This document shows, in pieces, positions 1 to 8,510 of a stretch of 64,000 nt of DNA. This DNA comes from a virus: IMG/VR virus record IMGVR_UViG_3300042894_005670; one strand, 5' to 3'. The notes beneath the pieces are model-generated. The model ran no database searches, had not been told where the DNA came from, and saw only the letters and a list, made by a program, of their open reading frames with translations. The number at the start of each line of letters is the position of its first letter. Position 1 is the first letter of the stretch. Position numbers and translations under genes: made by a program.

Positions 1-35
1 ATGCCATGTGGTTTGCCTTGAGGTGGAGTTCATGA
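1..35 (+). CDS. 3' end of an LRW-array ORF (...AMWFALRWSS*), truncated by window edge
   Basis: gcc atg tgg ttt gcc ttg agg tgg agt tca tga (3-35); 1-24 is identical to 2435-2458. Confidence 0.8.
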   Translation, partial: AMWFALRWSS

Positions 36-457
36 TAAAATGGTTAAAACAACAGTATAAAGCGTGGAAAGATCGACGTTTCCTAAAACGTCACGGTTGT
101 AGAGATTGGGAAGAATACCACTATTGTTACGATCCAGACCGAAACATTCGTTGTACTAGGGTAAAAGACTACTATCATGGTTATCCTTATTGGCATGTGT
201 TTGAAAGATCTAATCACTATTGTTATAAGTTACTCTATGATTACGGTCCGGGCGGACATCGTTGCGGCTATCACGATATAATCGATTGGTGCGAGGAAAA
301 TGCCAAAGGTAAACACAGAACAGATTTCTTGCGTGTGATAAAATATCCTAGCACAGGTAACGAATGGGAAATAAACGAATTTGTCGGAGGTGATCATATC
401 TTTGTGGCGTTCAAAGAAGAACGAGATTATTTAATGTTTGTGTTGAGGTGGTCATGA
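32..457 (+). CDS. LRW-array protein
   Basis: ATG overlapping the upstream TGA; IDWCEE motif; ends FKEERDYLMFVLRWS. Confidence 0.85.
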   Translation: MIKWLKQQYKAWKDRRFLKRHGCRDWEEYHYCYDPDRNIRCTRVKDYYHGYPYWHVFERSNHYCYKLLYDYGPGGHRCGYHDIIDWCEENAKGKHRTDFLRVIKYPSTGNEWEINEFVGGDHIFVAFKEERDYLMFVLRWS

Positions 458-711
458 CATATGATCTTGTGATCAGTCAAGAAGGGCCAGACGCTCATCC
501 TTTATACAGTGCCGTTAAGCACAGCATTGAATGGATAGGAAAAAAGCATCAAGTCAATAGTCCTATGGATTTGAAATATTTGACTGAAGAAGAATTTGAT
601 ATTAGAATTGAAGCAGTGGGATATCTAACTAATACATCAGGTAATTATAGATATAGGGTAAGTTTCCGTGATGAACGACATTATACTTGGTTTATATTGA
701 GGTGGTCATGA
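454..711 (+). CDS. LRW-array protein
   Basis: ATGA-coupled start; ends FRDERHYTWFILRWS. Confidence 0.85.
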   Translation: MTYDLVISQEGPDAHPLYSAVKHSIEWIGKKHQVNSPMDLKYLTEEEFDIRIEAVGYLTNTSGNYRYRVSFRDERHYTWFILRWS

Positions 712-935
712 TTGGTTTTTATTTAGAAAATTTTCTAATAAATTGTCCCATATATTGGCAAAACTTTGTAAAGGCCAATCAGGATAATCCTGATCATGAT
801 ACAGCATTAAGAATACTTAATAGAAAACTTAAGCCTTTTAAAGCAAGATATGTTCCCGCAAACTTTTGTGACCCCGATAAAGTTGTATTTGAAGATGAGC
901 ATAGCTTAAATTGGTTTATATTGAGGTGGTCATAA
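708..935 (+). CDS. LRW-array protein
   Basis: ATGA-coupled start; ends FEDEHSLNWFILRWS. Confidence 0.85.
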   Translation: MIGFYLENFLINCPIYWQNFVKANQDNPDHDTALRILNRKLKPFKARYVPANFCDPDKVVFEDEHSLNWFILRWS

Positions 936-1126
936 TGGGGATGGGGTATCCTGTAACTGTTGCATGTAGTAATATCATGGAAGTATCTGAACGACTAGAA
1001 TGGGCAGAAAAACATGGTATAAAACTACTGAATCGCACTTGGGTAGTTATCAATGAACGACAACATGTATCATTCTTTTTTGAAAAAGAAAAGGATGCTA
1101 CAATTTTTGCACTGAGGTGGTCATGA
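935..1126 (+). CDS. LRW-array protein
   Basis: TAATG-coupled start; ends FEKEKDATIFALRWS. Confidence 0.85.
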   Translation: MGMGYPVTVACSNIMEVSERLEWAEKHGIKLLNRTWVVINERQHVSFFFEKEKDATIFALRWS

Positions 1127-1335
1127 CCAAATTGCCCGACTACCCTTATCTTCAAAATATCGTATCTTATTATCGTAAGATGACCGATAACTCGAATGGA
1201 CCTTTATATCATGATGATTACATTACCTATCTAAAATCATTTGGATTTCGAGTTCCAATAGAATTTGGTACTCTTGAATTTCCTGATGATTTTTCAGAAA
1301 AGGATTTAATGATGTTCATATTGAGGTGGTCATGA
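1123..1335 (+). CDS. LRW-array protein
   Basis: ATGA-coupled; ends SEKDLMMFILRWS. Confidence 0.85.
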   Translation: MTKLPDYPYLQNIVSYYRKMTDNSNGPLYHDDYITYLKSFGFRVPIEFGTLEFPDDFSEKDLMMFILRWS

Positions 1336-1348
1336 GCAAAGTGTTTGC

Positions 1349-1558
1349 ATGATGAGACCACAAGATTTTGAACATCGTATAGAAATTGAACCTATATTGA
1401 CTAAAAGTCATGAAGATGCTATACATGAATGGTGTAGGCGACATTTAGGTAGATACGGTGAAACTTGGTATACCTATTACAGCCAACAAAGTCATAAAAT
1501 CATAGTATGTTTTCAGCATAGCCAAGATGCTGTTTGGTTTACTTTGAGATGGGCATAA
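1349..1558 (+). CDS. LRW-array protein
   Basis: HEWCRR motif; ends FQHSQDAVWFTLRWA. Confidence 0.85.
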   Translation: MMRPQDFEHRIEIEPILTKSHEDAIHEWCRRHLGRYGETWYTYYSQQSHKIIVCFQHSQDAVWFTLRWA

Positions 1559-1755
1559 TGTATACTCTTAACTTAGCTGAATTACCCGCTACCAAGTCTG
1601 TAGAATTTTTAGTATGGGTTTTTACTAATCAAATTGGAAATTATATGTCTCTGCTAGAATTAATAACCAAAGACATTAATTGGCATTATAAAACAAGTAT
1701 TCCTTTTGAATGCTCTGAACAAGAAGCAATATTGGTAATTTTGAGGTGGGCATGA
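1558..1755 (+). CDS. LRW-array protein
   Basis: TAATG-coupled; ends SEQEAILVILRWA. Confidence 0.8.
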   Translation: MYTLNLAELPATKSVEFLVWVFTNQIGNYMSLLELITKDINWHYKTSIPFECSEQEAILVILRWA

Positions 1756-2003
1756 AGCCAAGTGAATTACTGACCATAGCAGAAAAATATTGGCTTACAG
1801 ACTATGATCATAAAAAGCCTCTATCACCAAATACTCCCTTTGTCACCGGTGTGGCCCGTACTGATGCTATATTACATGACATGCTGATTAAACATGGTGT
1901 AGAACTGATATTGAAACAGAGTGGACATAGAAATTGGCAATTGGCTGATTACCGTGTAGTTGATGACAAAAAGTTTATGTGGTTCCTAATGAGGTGGTCA
2001 TAA
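1752..2003 (+). CDS. LRW-array protein
   Basis: ATGA-coupled; ends DDKKFMWFLMRWS. Confidence 0.85.
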   Translation: MKPSELLTIAEKYWLTDYDHKKPLSPNTPFVTGVARTDAILHDMLIKHGVELILKQSGHRNWQLADYRVVDDKKFMWFLMRWS

Positions 2004-2260
2004 TGACATATATAGATAATCCTAACATTTGGTATAATCTACAAATACATTTTAAAAATAATATCATGCCCGTCTTGGAGAATGATGATCAAGTTTGGGC
2101 GACAGCATTTAGGCGTTGGCTAAAAGAACAAGGTGCTGACATTGCGCAAGCACAGAACATACGCTACTTGCGTAATAGTTTACAAATAGCACCTCAATTT
2201 GATCAATTGGTATTTGAAAATGATAGAGATGCTACGATGTTTTTATTGAGGTGGTCGTGA
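2003..2260 (+). CDS. LRW-array protein (paralogue of 4626-4883)
   Basis: TAATG-coupled; FKNNIMP..WLKEQGA; ends FENDRDATMFLLRWS. Confidence 0.85.
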   Translation: MTYIDNPNIWYNLQIHFKNNIMPVLENDDQVWATAFRRWLKEQGADIAQAQNIRYLRNSLQIAPQFDQLVFENDRDATMFLLRWS

Positions 2261-2469
2261 TGGCTCTACATACAGTTGTTTATCATAGACTTGAACCTGG
2301 TATGTTGGCAGGACATATTCGCAGTCTATTAGACTATAATGTAGATCGTTGGTTGGAAGAAAATTGTCAGGGACGCTATTATCACAATCCTGGTTGGACA
2401 GATACAAAGTATATTCAATTCGAAGATAGCAGAGATGCCATGTGGTTTGCCTTGAGGTATGGACGATGA
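2260..2469 (+). CDS. LRW-array protein
   Basis: TGATG-coupled; ends FEDSRDAMWFALRYGR. Confidence 0.85.
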   Translation: MALHTVVYHRLEPGMLAGHIRSLLDYNVDRWLEENCQGRYYHNPGWTDTKYIQFEDSRDAMWFALRYGR

Positions 2470-2696
2470 ATAGATTGGTTTGTTTACCTGCTGATTGGGG
2501 GCCTGTGCAAAAAGCTGCTGTTTGGTTAAGGGAACATTTGGACATACCTGATTATGAAACAATAGAAAGTCAATTTGAAGAATATTTTAATTGTAAGGTT
2601 ATAAGGGATCCACCACATGATGTAGTCTATGGTAAAATATATGCTGTATTTGAGTGTGAGCAAGATGCTAATTGGTTTATATTGAGGTGGTCATGA
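2466..2696 (+). CDS. LRW-array protein
   Basis: ATGA-coupled; ends FECEQDANWFILRWS. Confidence 0.85.
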   Translation: MNRLVCLPADWGPVQKAAVWLREHLDIPDYETIESQFEEYFNCKVIRDPPHDVVYGKIYAVFECEQDANWFILRWS

Positions 2697-3037
2697 AAAT
2701 ACAGCGAATACAGAAATTTGAAGATGGTCAAAAGATATATGTGTTAGGCTCGGTTACTACACTTTCATTTCGTCAATATATGGATCAATACTCAGATTCA
2801 ACTGTATGGAGTAGAGAACATCAGGCACATCATGCTATTAAACGACTCATAAAACTAGAATACAGTGAATTATATCAATGGTTATGCAGTCAAGATTGTC
2901 AAACAACCAATTGGATTGATGATAGAATATTTTCACTACCATATCAATTCAGTGCTCAAATCAATTTATTTGATTGGGGTATAGGGTTCAGGTCAAATGA
3001 TCCCAAAGAAACTTTGTTTATATTGAAGTGGCAATGA
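2693..3037 (+). CDS. LRW-array protein
   Basis: ATGA-coupled; ends KETLFILKWQ. Confidence 0.8.
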   Translation: MKIQRIQKFEDGQKIYVLGSVTTLSFRQYMDQYSDSTVWSREHQAHHAIKRLIKLEYSELYQWLCSQDCQTTNWIDDRIFSLPYQFSAQINLFDWGIGFRSNDPKETLFILKWQ

Positions 3038-3273
3038 ATTATAATAGTAAATTTGATCAATATCATATGAAAATTACTGATAATTATATTACGGTAAATC
3101 GTAATAAACTCGATATTGTTGAAGCTATAAAGTGGGTTAAAAAGAATTGCCCACACTATATAACAAATCAATATCACGGTAATTATCATGGCAATGATCT
3201 TATTGATTTCTTTTTTTTAGACAAGCCAAAAGCTAAAGAAGAGATGACAATGTTTATTTTAAAATGGGCATAA
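3034..3273 (+). CDS. LRW-array protein
   Basis: ATGA-coupled; ends EEMTMFILKWA. Confidence 0.8.
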   Translation: MNYNSKFDQYHMKITDNYITVNRNKLDIVEAIKWVKKNCPHYITNQYHGNYHGNDLIDFFFLDKPKAKEEMTMFILKWA

Positions 3274-3521
3274 TGATTAATTTTGATAGTCCATTTAAAA
3301 AAGAATGGGAAGAACAATTAAAATGGTTGGATGAAACTATACAAAGAAATTATACCAATGATGGTAGACCATTCAATAAAAGTACAGTGGCTCAATTTTT
3401 AGAATGGCGCAGTATGGATAAAGAAACATGGAAGTTTAGAATACAAGGATTGCCTCCTACACTTATAGTTACTTTTAAAGACCCTGAACATGAATTCTTA
3501 TATAATTTAAGATGGAGATAA
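3273..3521 (+). CDS. LRW-array protein
   Basis: TAATG-coupled; ends FKDPEHEFLYNLRWR. Confidence 0.8.
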   Translation: MINFDSPFKKEWEEQLKWLDETIQRNYTNDGRPFNKSTVAQFLEWRSMDKETWKFRIQGLPPTLIVTFKDPEHEFLYNLRWR

Positions 3522-3522
3522 A

Positions 3523-3744
3523 TTGGCTATTGATGTAATCATTGAAGGAAAAGAGTTATCACAATATATTGACATTGTGCGTGAACTACGTGCCTCAGGA
3601 TTAAATCAAGGAGAACATTTTGATTTTAAATACATTCCATCAGTATATGATTACGAAAAATATAGAATTACTCCAAAAAAAGTTATCTTTACATTTTATG
3701 ATGAACAATACTCTACATTATTTCGTTTAAAATATGAATCCTAA
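3523..3744 (+). CDS. LRW-array protein (divergent)
   Basis: TTG start after GGAG; ends FYDEQYSTLFRLKYES. Confidence 0.75.
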   Translation: MAIDVIIEGKELSQYIDIVRELRASGLNQGEHFDFKYIPSVYDYEKYRITPKKVIFTFYDEQYSTLFRLKYES

Positions 3745-3919
3745 ATATCCGTATATTGCATCTATTTGTCCTCCTGATGGTGGTAAACGTGGTTGGTATG
3801 ATGTAATATCGTGGTGCCATGAAAAGATAGGTGCCACACATTCTCAATATGTAGGTGAAGGTGTTTTTGCATTTGAAAATGAAAGTGATTATATGATGTT
3901 TATATTGAGGTGGACATAG
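3734..3919 (+). CDS. LRW-array protein
   Basis: ISWCHE motif; ends FENESDYMMFILRWT. Confidence 0.85.
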   Translation: MNPKYPYIASICPPDGGKRGWYDVISWCHEKIGATHSQYVGEGVFAFENESDYMMFILRWT

Positions 3920-3920
3920 A

Positions 3921-4160
3921 TTGAATACTAAGGAATGTCAATGTTTTGAATGTCTCAAACCAAATTTTACCAAGTTTGTCAGCACCTTTATCGTATGTGA
4001 CACCTGTGGTAACAAACGTTGCCCACACGCTACTGATCATAGATTAGGATGCACCAACAGCAATGACCCAGGACAACTTGGCAGCAGATACGGTGTCTAC
4101 CCACACCCATCTATAGAGTTATTAGATTTTTTGGATGCTGCCAATGAAGATAAAGAATAA
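3921..4160 (+). CDS. Cys/His-rich small protein (putative Zn-binding) inserted in the array
   Basis: CQCFEC...CDTCGNKRCPHATDHRLGC; TTG start after the junction RBS. Confidence 0.75.
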   Translation: MNTKECQCFECLKPNFTKFVSTFIVCDTCGNKRCPHATDHRLGCTNSNDPGQLGSRYGVYPHPSIELLDFLDAANEDKE

Positions 4161-4377
4161 TCATTTACCACGTAATGGAGAATATGAAATATTTACTACC
4201 CAAGGACGCACTTATTGTTTTGATGATCCATCGTTAGAAGTCATGCAAGCACCTAATGAAATGTTTGAATGGTTAAGAAATATGCCAAGAGAACTATGTA
4301 GACCACTAGATCATACTAATGTTGCATTTTATCTAACTCCTGAAATGTATACCTTGTGGAAAATTACTTGGTTATGA
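4144..4377 (+). CDS. Array protein, divergent C-terminus
   Basis: ends FYLTPEMYTLWKITWL. Confidence 0.7.
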   Translation: MKIKNNHLPRNGEYEIFTTQGRTYCFDDPSLEVMQAPNEMFEWLRNMPRELCRPLDHTNVAFYLTPEMYTLWKITWL

Positions 4378-4381
4378 TATA

Positions 4382-4591
4382 ATGATGAGAAGACTTAAAA
4401 AAGAAATTTGGCCTTATAAAATTACAGTGAATTATCCTGCTGATTCTCAAATTATTGATATTGAATTATGGTTAATTGAAAAGTTTGGTGAAAGAAGAAA
4501 TAAGTGGAATGTAGTTTATGGTTTTTATAAGTCTGATTTTTACTTTAAAGAAGAATCTATGCTAACATTTTTTGCAATGCGATGGAACTAA
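4382..4591 (+). CDS. LRW-array protein
   Basis: ends FKEESMLTFFAMRWN. Confidence 0.8.
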   Translation: MMRRLKKEIWPYKITVNYPADSQIIDIELWLIEKFGERRNKWNVVYGFYKSDFYFKEESMLTFFAMRWN

Positions 4592-4625
4592 CATATAGTC
4601 AAATAGTATCTTATTTGAGGTGGTC

Positions 4626-4883
4626 ATGAAATATATACAGGATTCTGACCTGTGGTATACACTACAGGTATATTTTAAAAATAATATCATGCCCAACTTG
4701 GTGAATGATGATAAAGTTTGGGCACATGAATTTAGACGATGGCTTAAAGAACAAGGTGCTGAAATTGAGCATTTAATGAACCAACGATTAGTGCGTAATA
4801 GTTTAGGTATAGCACCCCACTATGATAAATTGGTCTTTGAGGATGAACAAAGGTTAGCTTGGTTTGTGTTGAGGTGGTCATAA
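4626..4883 (+). CDS. LRW-array protein (paralogue of 2003-2260)
   Basis: ends FEDEQRLAWFVLRWS. Confidence 0.85.
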   Translation: MKYIQDSDLWYTLQVYFKNNIMPNLVNDDKVWAHEFRRWLKEQGAEIEHLMNQRLVRNSLGIAPHYDKLVFEDEQRLAWFVLRWS

Positions 4884-4929
4884 AATTAAAAAATTAATTA
4901 AAATTAACGGTAAACACTATAATGACTAC

Positions 4930-5256
4930 ATGCCATGTGGCTTAAACATTATAGAAAAACTTTGGTGGTGGTTGGTTCCAGGTGTTCTTGTCAAAGTAAA
5001 ATGGCCCAAGGGTATGATCACAGTAGATCATAATGACCCACGTTGGTTTGATTGTGGTGGTGCAGTATGGGTAACCTACGAAAGCACTGATCCTAATGAT
5101 CATTATCGCCCATGGATGGAAGCAAATATTGGTAAACAAAAGTGGGATTGGGATTGGGGATTTGTAGGCAATGATGTTTCAGATAACTGTTTAACCATTA
5201 AAGTTAGACAAAATAAGGCAGAGTATGCTACAATGATGATTATGATGTGGGGATAG
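4930..5256 (+). CDS. Array protein, Trp-rich
   Basis: ends YATMMIMMWG. Confidence 0.7.
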   Translation: MPCGLNIIEKLWWWLVPGVLVKVKWPKGMITVDHNDPRWFDCGGAVWVTYESTDPNDHYRPWMEANIGKQKWDWDWGFVGNDVSDNCLTIKVRQNKAEYATMMIMMWG

Positions 5257-5257
5257 T

Positions 5258-5632
5258 ATGCGAATAAAACCTTTTCAATCACGATATGCAGTAACTTGGG
5301 ATGAATATCCTACAGGTATTTCCAACCCTAATGGTAAAGTGAAGATGGTAAATTGGTGTATCAAAAACTTAAAATTAGATTATATTACTTTGGGGTTTTA
5401 CGCATATGACCCAAATGGGTTTTACGAACATAATCCACCAAATGCTGTAAATTCTTGGATGTTAATTAATTTATCAAATGATATTTTGATAACAACAGAA
5501 GACGATGTTCATTTAAAATTATTAGACCATGGATCACTAAAAGCAATCATACTTGATGATTACAGCAAAGCATGCGAATTAGCAGATTATGTTGATCAAA
5601 TTCATACATTTAATATAATTAAAAGATACTGA
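5258..5632 (+). CDS. Hypothetical protein
   Basis: 124-aa ORF abutting its neighbours. Confidence 0.7.
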   Translation: MRIKPFQSRYAVTWDEYPTGISNPNGKVKMVNWCIKNLKLDYITLGFYAYDPNGFYEHNPPNAVNSWMLINLSNDILITTEDDVHLKLLDHGSLKAIILDDYSKACELADYVDQIHTFNIIKRY

Positions 5633-5633
5633 C

Positions 5634-5825
5634 ATGAGAACCGCACTTTTTCAGCGTGAATTCACCGTAAAGGAGGTAGGTCCTATTAGTGATTTTTTAA
5701 AACAATGTAGGAAAATGATGGGACAACCTTCACCTCAAACATGGGTGTTTCATGGAAATTATCATAAAATTGTTTTATATATTTATGACGATAAGTATGC
5801 CACATGGTTTAGTTTAAGGTATTGA
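5634..5825 (+). CDS. LRW-array protein
   Basis: ends IYDDKYATWFSLRY. Confidence 0.75.
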   Translation: MRTALFQREFTVKEVGPISDFLKQCRKMMGQPSPQTWVFHGNYHKIVLYIYDDKYATWFSLRY

Positions 5826-5826
5826 T

Positions 5827-6105
5827 ATGGAAACTATAATTTTTAAGCGTGAAAGTGATAAGTTTGATGATATTATTAAAGATACTAATATCAAACCATT
5901 TTTGCTTACTGTCTTAACATGGAAAGAACATTGTTTTATTCAACTTAAACCTTTAAAAGGCGTTGAAAAAATTATTAGTTATATTGGTTTAAAGTATGGT
6001 GATAGTGTATTAAAGCAACCATTGACTAAGGATTACACACCGATAGATGGAGTGGATTACCGTTCGGGGGTTCCTGAACATCTAAAAGGCCAACGGCGAA
6101 GGTAG
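5827..6105 (+). CDS. Hypothetical protein
   Basis: 92-aa ORF after AAGG. Confidence 0.65.
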   Translation: METIIFKRESDKFDDIIKDTNIKPFLLTVLTWKEHCFIQLKPLKGVEKIISYIGLKYGDSVLKQPLTKDYTPIDGVDYRSGVPEHLKGQRRR

Positions 6106-6206
6106 GACCGTACCAAGCCATTAAAAGACAAAATATAGAATAGTCAATATAAAAATTGGCAACGGAATCAAATATTTTGTTCATTGTTTATTTATGTAAA
6201 TATTAT

Positions 6207-6752
6207 ATGAAACACTTATATGTATATATTAAAGATTTTTTAACGATAAATCAATGTCAAGATATTATTGAAACTTATCATAAAAATGACAAGAATTTAT
6301 TTTTAGATTCTCCTACTTTTTGGAAACATTGTTCAACTAAGATATTATCACCACAGCATTTAGGCAGTTATGCTAGTATGATTGAAGATAAGGTTGCTTG
6401 TGTTAATCAAGATGTTTTTGGTTTTGATTTGTTTGCTAAACAGTATAACTTATTTCATTTAAACACGTATGAGGGTAAAGATAACCATAACTATGACTTG
6501 CATATAGATGCGGTAACAGGATCACCAAAAGATATGAAGTTAACAGTTATAATTAACTTAACTCAAGGCGATTATACAGGTGGAGAATTTACATTTCCTC
6601 CATTAGGTTATGAAGGTAGTATACAAGAATTTGATAGAAGTACAGGATGTATGTTAGTATTTCCATCTTTTATCGCACATAAAGTAAATAGTGTGACAAG
6701 CGGTAAAAGAACTACGCTTGTTACATGGTTTGAAGGACCAAATTGGAAATAA
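6207..6752 (+). CDS. 2OG-Fe(II) oxygenase (PKHD/prolyl-hydroxylase-like)
   Basis: LHID, YTGGEF, VFPSFIAHKV..VTSGKR.TLVTW motifs. Confidence 0.85.
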   Translation: MKHLYVYIKDFLTINQCQDIIETYHKNDKNLFLDSPTFWKHCSTKILSPQHLGSYASMIEDKVACVNQDVFGFDLFAKQYNLFHLNTYEGKDNHNYDLHIDAVTGSPKDMKLTVIINLTQGDYTGGEFTFPPLGYEGSIQEFDRSTGCMLVFPSFIAHKVNSVTSGKRTTLVTWFEGPNWK

Positions 6753-6770
6753 TTTTTAAAAGGAGAAAAT

Positions 6771-7457
6771 ATGTTTTCACAATCAATTACATACCCAACA
6801 GCTAGTGAAATTAATTCAGCAATGGCAGGTGTGTATAAAAATATGTCACTTGCTGTATTAGTTAGTATGCTTGTTTCATATTATGTAGGTACTACCCCTG
6901 CATTGCTTCAGTTCTTTTTTACAGGTTTTGTCAAGTGGATTGTTATTTTTGCACCATTAGTTGCAGTGTTTGCTGTGACCTATGGATTATCACAAGTACA
7001 ATCTAAAGAAGTTGCATTATTGATGCTATTAGGTTTTGCTGCACTAATGGGTTTAAGTTTTGCTACAATCTTTGCAGTATACCAAATGGGTAGTATCTTT
7101 ACTGCATTTATGGGTGCAGCAGTTTTATTTGGAACGATGAGTTTTTATGGTTACTTTACTAAAAAGAATCTTGATAGTATTGGTAAGTTTCTGTTTGTTG
7201 GGCTTATTGCTATTGTTATCGCCTCTATTATTAATATCTTTATTGGTAGCAGTGTTGCTGCTATGGTTATTAGTGCACTTGCTATTATTATTTTTCTTGG
7301 TTTAACTGCGTATGACACACAGAAAATTCGTGAAATGATTATGGAAGAAGGTGCAACTGCTAGAGTAGAATCATTAGGTGCGTTAACACTTTACCTTGAT
7401 TTTATCAATATTTTCTTGAACTTATTACAGTTGTTTGGTTTGAAGAAAGACGATTAA
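6771..7457 (+). CDS. Bax inhibitor-1/YccA family membrane protein
   Basis: 7 TM segments; TAYDTQKI and ALTLYLDFINIF motifs; AGGAG RBS. Confidence 0.92.
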   Translation: MFSQSITYPTASEINSAMAGVYKNMSLAVLVSMLVSYYVGTTPALLQFFFTGFVKWIVIFAPLVAVFAVTYGLSQVQSKEVALLMLLGFAALMGLSFATIFAVYQMGSIFTAFMGAAVLFGTMSFYGYFTKKNLDSIGKFLFVGLIAIVIASIINIFIGSSVAAMVISALAIIIFLGLTAYDTQKIREMIMEEGATARVESLGALTLYLDFINIFLNLLQLFGLKKDD

Positions 7458-8082
7458 CAAAGTCTAATAGCAGCATATGGTGCCTACCATGGTGCCAATG
7501 CTGCTTTATATATTTGTACTTATTGTACCAAAACTTCTCACTTTCAGGGTGGCATCCAATAATACCTATGTTGTTTTGTATAATTGCCATAGGATCATTA
7601 TTAGAATATCGTGCGATTACTTTAAACTTACGTTCATTACCAATCAATGAACACCCATCATAAAAAAACATTTCTTCTTCATCATGCAACCATTGCACAT
7701 TAGCAACTGTAGCATATGATCGTTTAATATCAGTGTCAGGTCGCTTAATATATTGCACAGCCTCTACACTTTTAAGTATGTTAAAGTAATAATGTGATGC
7801 CCAATATGCACCCATACAAATACCCAAGTAGTAACCACCATTGGTTACAAAGTTTTGTATGGATTGTATAGTTTCTTGTGAGAAGAATTTGTAGAATTTG
7901 TCACTGCTACCAATGCCACCTGGGAAAGCTAGGATATCAGCTTTAGATAATACTTTGTTTATATTGTCTTGTTCAGACCAAATAGTTATTTTGTAGGATT
8001 GCTGCAAGGCATTGATCATACCATTGCAGCACCATATTGAGCATTCAGGATCGTGTTGAAATAATGCTATACTTTTTTTCAC
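7405..8082 (-). CDS. Class I glutamine amidotransferase-like (BPL_N-type) protein
   Basis: FPGG, GGYYLGICMGAY, HPE motifs. Confidence 0.8.
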   Translation of the reverse strand: MKKSIALFQHDPECSIWCCNGMINALQQSYKITIWSEQDNINKVLSKADILAFPGGIGSSDKFYKFFSQETIQSIQNFVTNGGYYLGICMGAYWASHYYFNILKSVEAVQYIKRPDTDIKRSYATVANVQWLHDEEEMFFYDGCSLIGNERKFKVIARYSNNDPMAIIQNNIGIIGCHPESEKFWYNKYKYIKQHWHHGRHHMLLLDFVNRLSSNQTTVISSRKY

Positions 8083-8267
8083 ATTGGGTCAGCATCAGGA
8101 AAGTCATGACTTGAACCTGCTGATTGAACGTGCATATCAACAAAATCGTATTGTGAAAGTGTATAAATTAGGCTTTTAACAGTTTCAAGTGTTTCAAGTT
8201 GGTCTATTGATTCACTGTTTAATTCAACCTTAATGTCTAAACCATTGATTGTCATTTCTAATTTCAT
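8079..8267 (-). CDS. Hypothetical protein
   Basis: 62-aa ORF with AGGA RBS. Confidence 0.6.
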   Translation of the reverse strand: MKLEMTINGLDIKVELNSESIDQLETLETVKSLIYTLSQYDFVDMHVQSAGSSHDFPDADPM

Positions 8268-8294
8268 GGTAAAATCCTTATAATATTCTAATAT

Positions 8295-8510
8295 TTATTC
8301 TAATTTACCACCACAGTGTGGGCATTTTTTAGTGTCATTAATATGTTCTTGTAAAACTTTTTCCCATTCTTTTATTTCACGTATAATACCTTTTAATGTT
8401 CTACGACAACGTATAGGTTTATCTTTTTCTAATTCACCCTTTAAACGTTTACGCAACATGTGAACTCGCTGTTCAAAAACCCCTAAAAATCCACCTGTTG
8501 AATCGCCCAT
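8295..8510 (-). CDS. Hypothetical protein (C-terminal CPHC)
   Basis: ORF coupled to the glycosyltransferase. Confidence 0.6.
   Translation of the reverse strand: MGDSTGGFLGVFEQRVHMLRKRLKGELEKDKPIRCRRTLKGIIREIKEWEKVLQEHINDTKKCPHCGGKLE

Larger units (their letters stand above)
1..5825 (+). repeat. Tandem array of small ORFs joined by a conserved junction repeat (consensus TTGAGGTGGTCATGA/TAATG)
   Basis: TGAGGTGG at 19, 444, 698, 922, 1113, 1322, 1742, 1990, 2247, 2683, 3906, 4616, 4870, with variants at 1544, 2452, 3023, 3259, 3507. It encodes LRW[S/A]-stop of one ORF plus the GAGG RBS and overlapping start of the next. Confidence 0.95.

Noticed and set aside
8-4625. ORF-track N-terminal extensions such as MVYIEVV, MVCLEV and MVM
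   Set aside because: They are the junction repeat read in the next frame; true starts are the ATGs overlapping the upstream stops.
1-4883. CRISPR array or integron attC interpretation of the recurring junction
   Set aside because: Spacing is ~190-430 bp of intact coding sequence; the repeat is not palindromic; no cas gene or integrase in the window.
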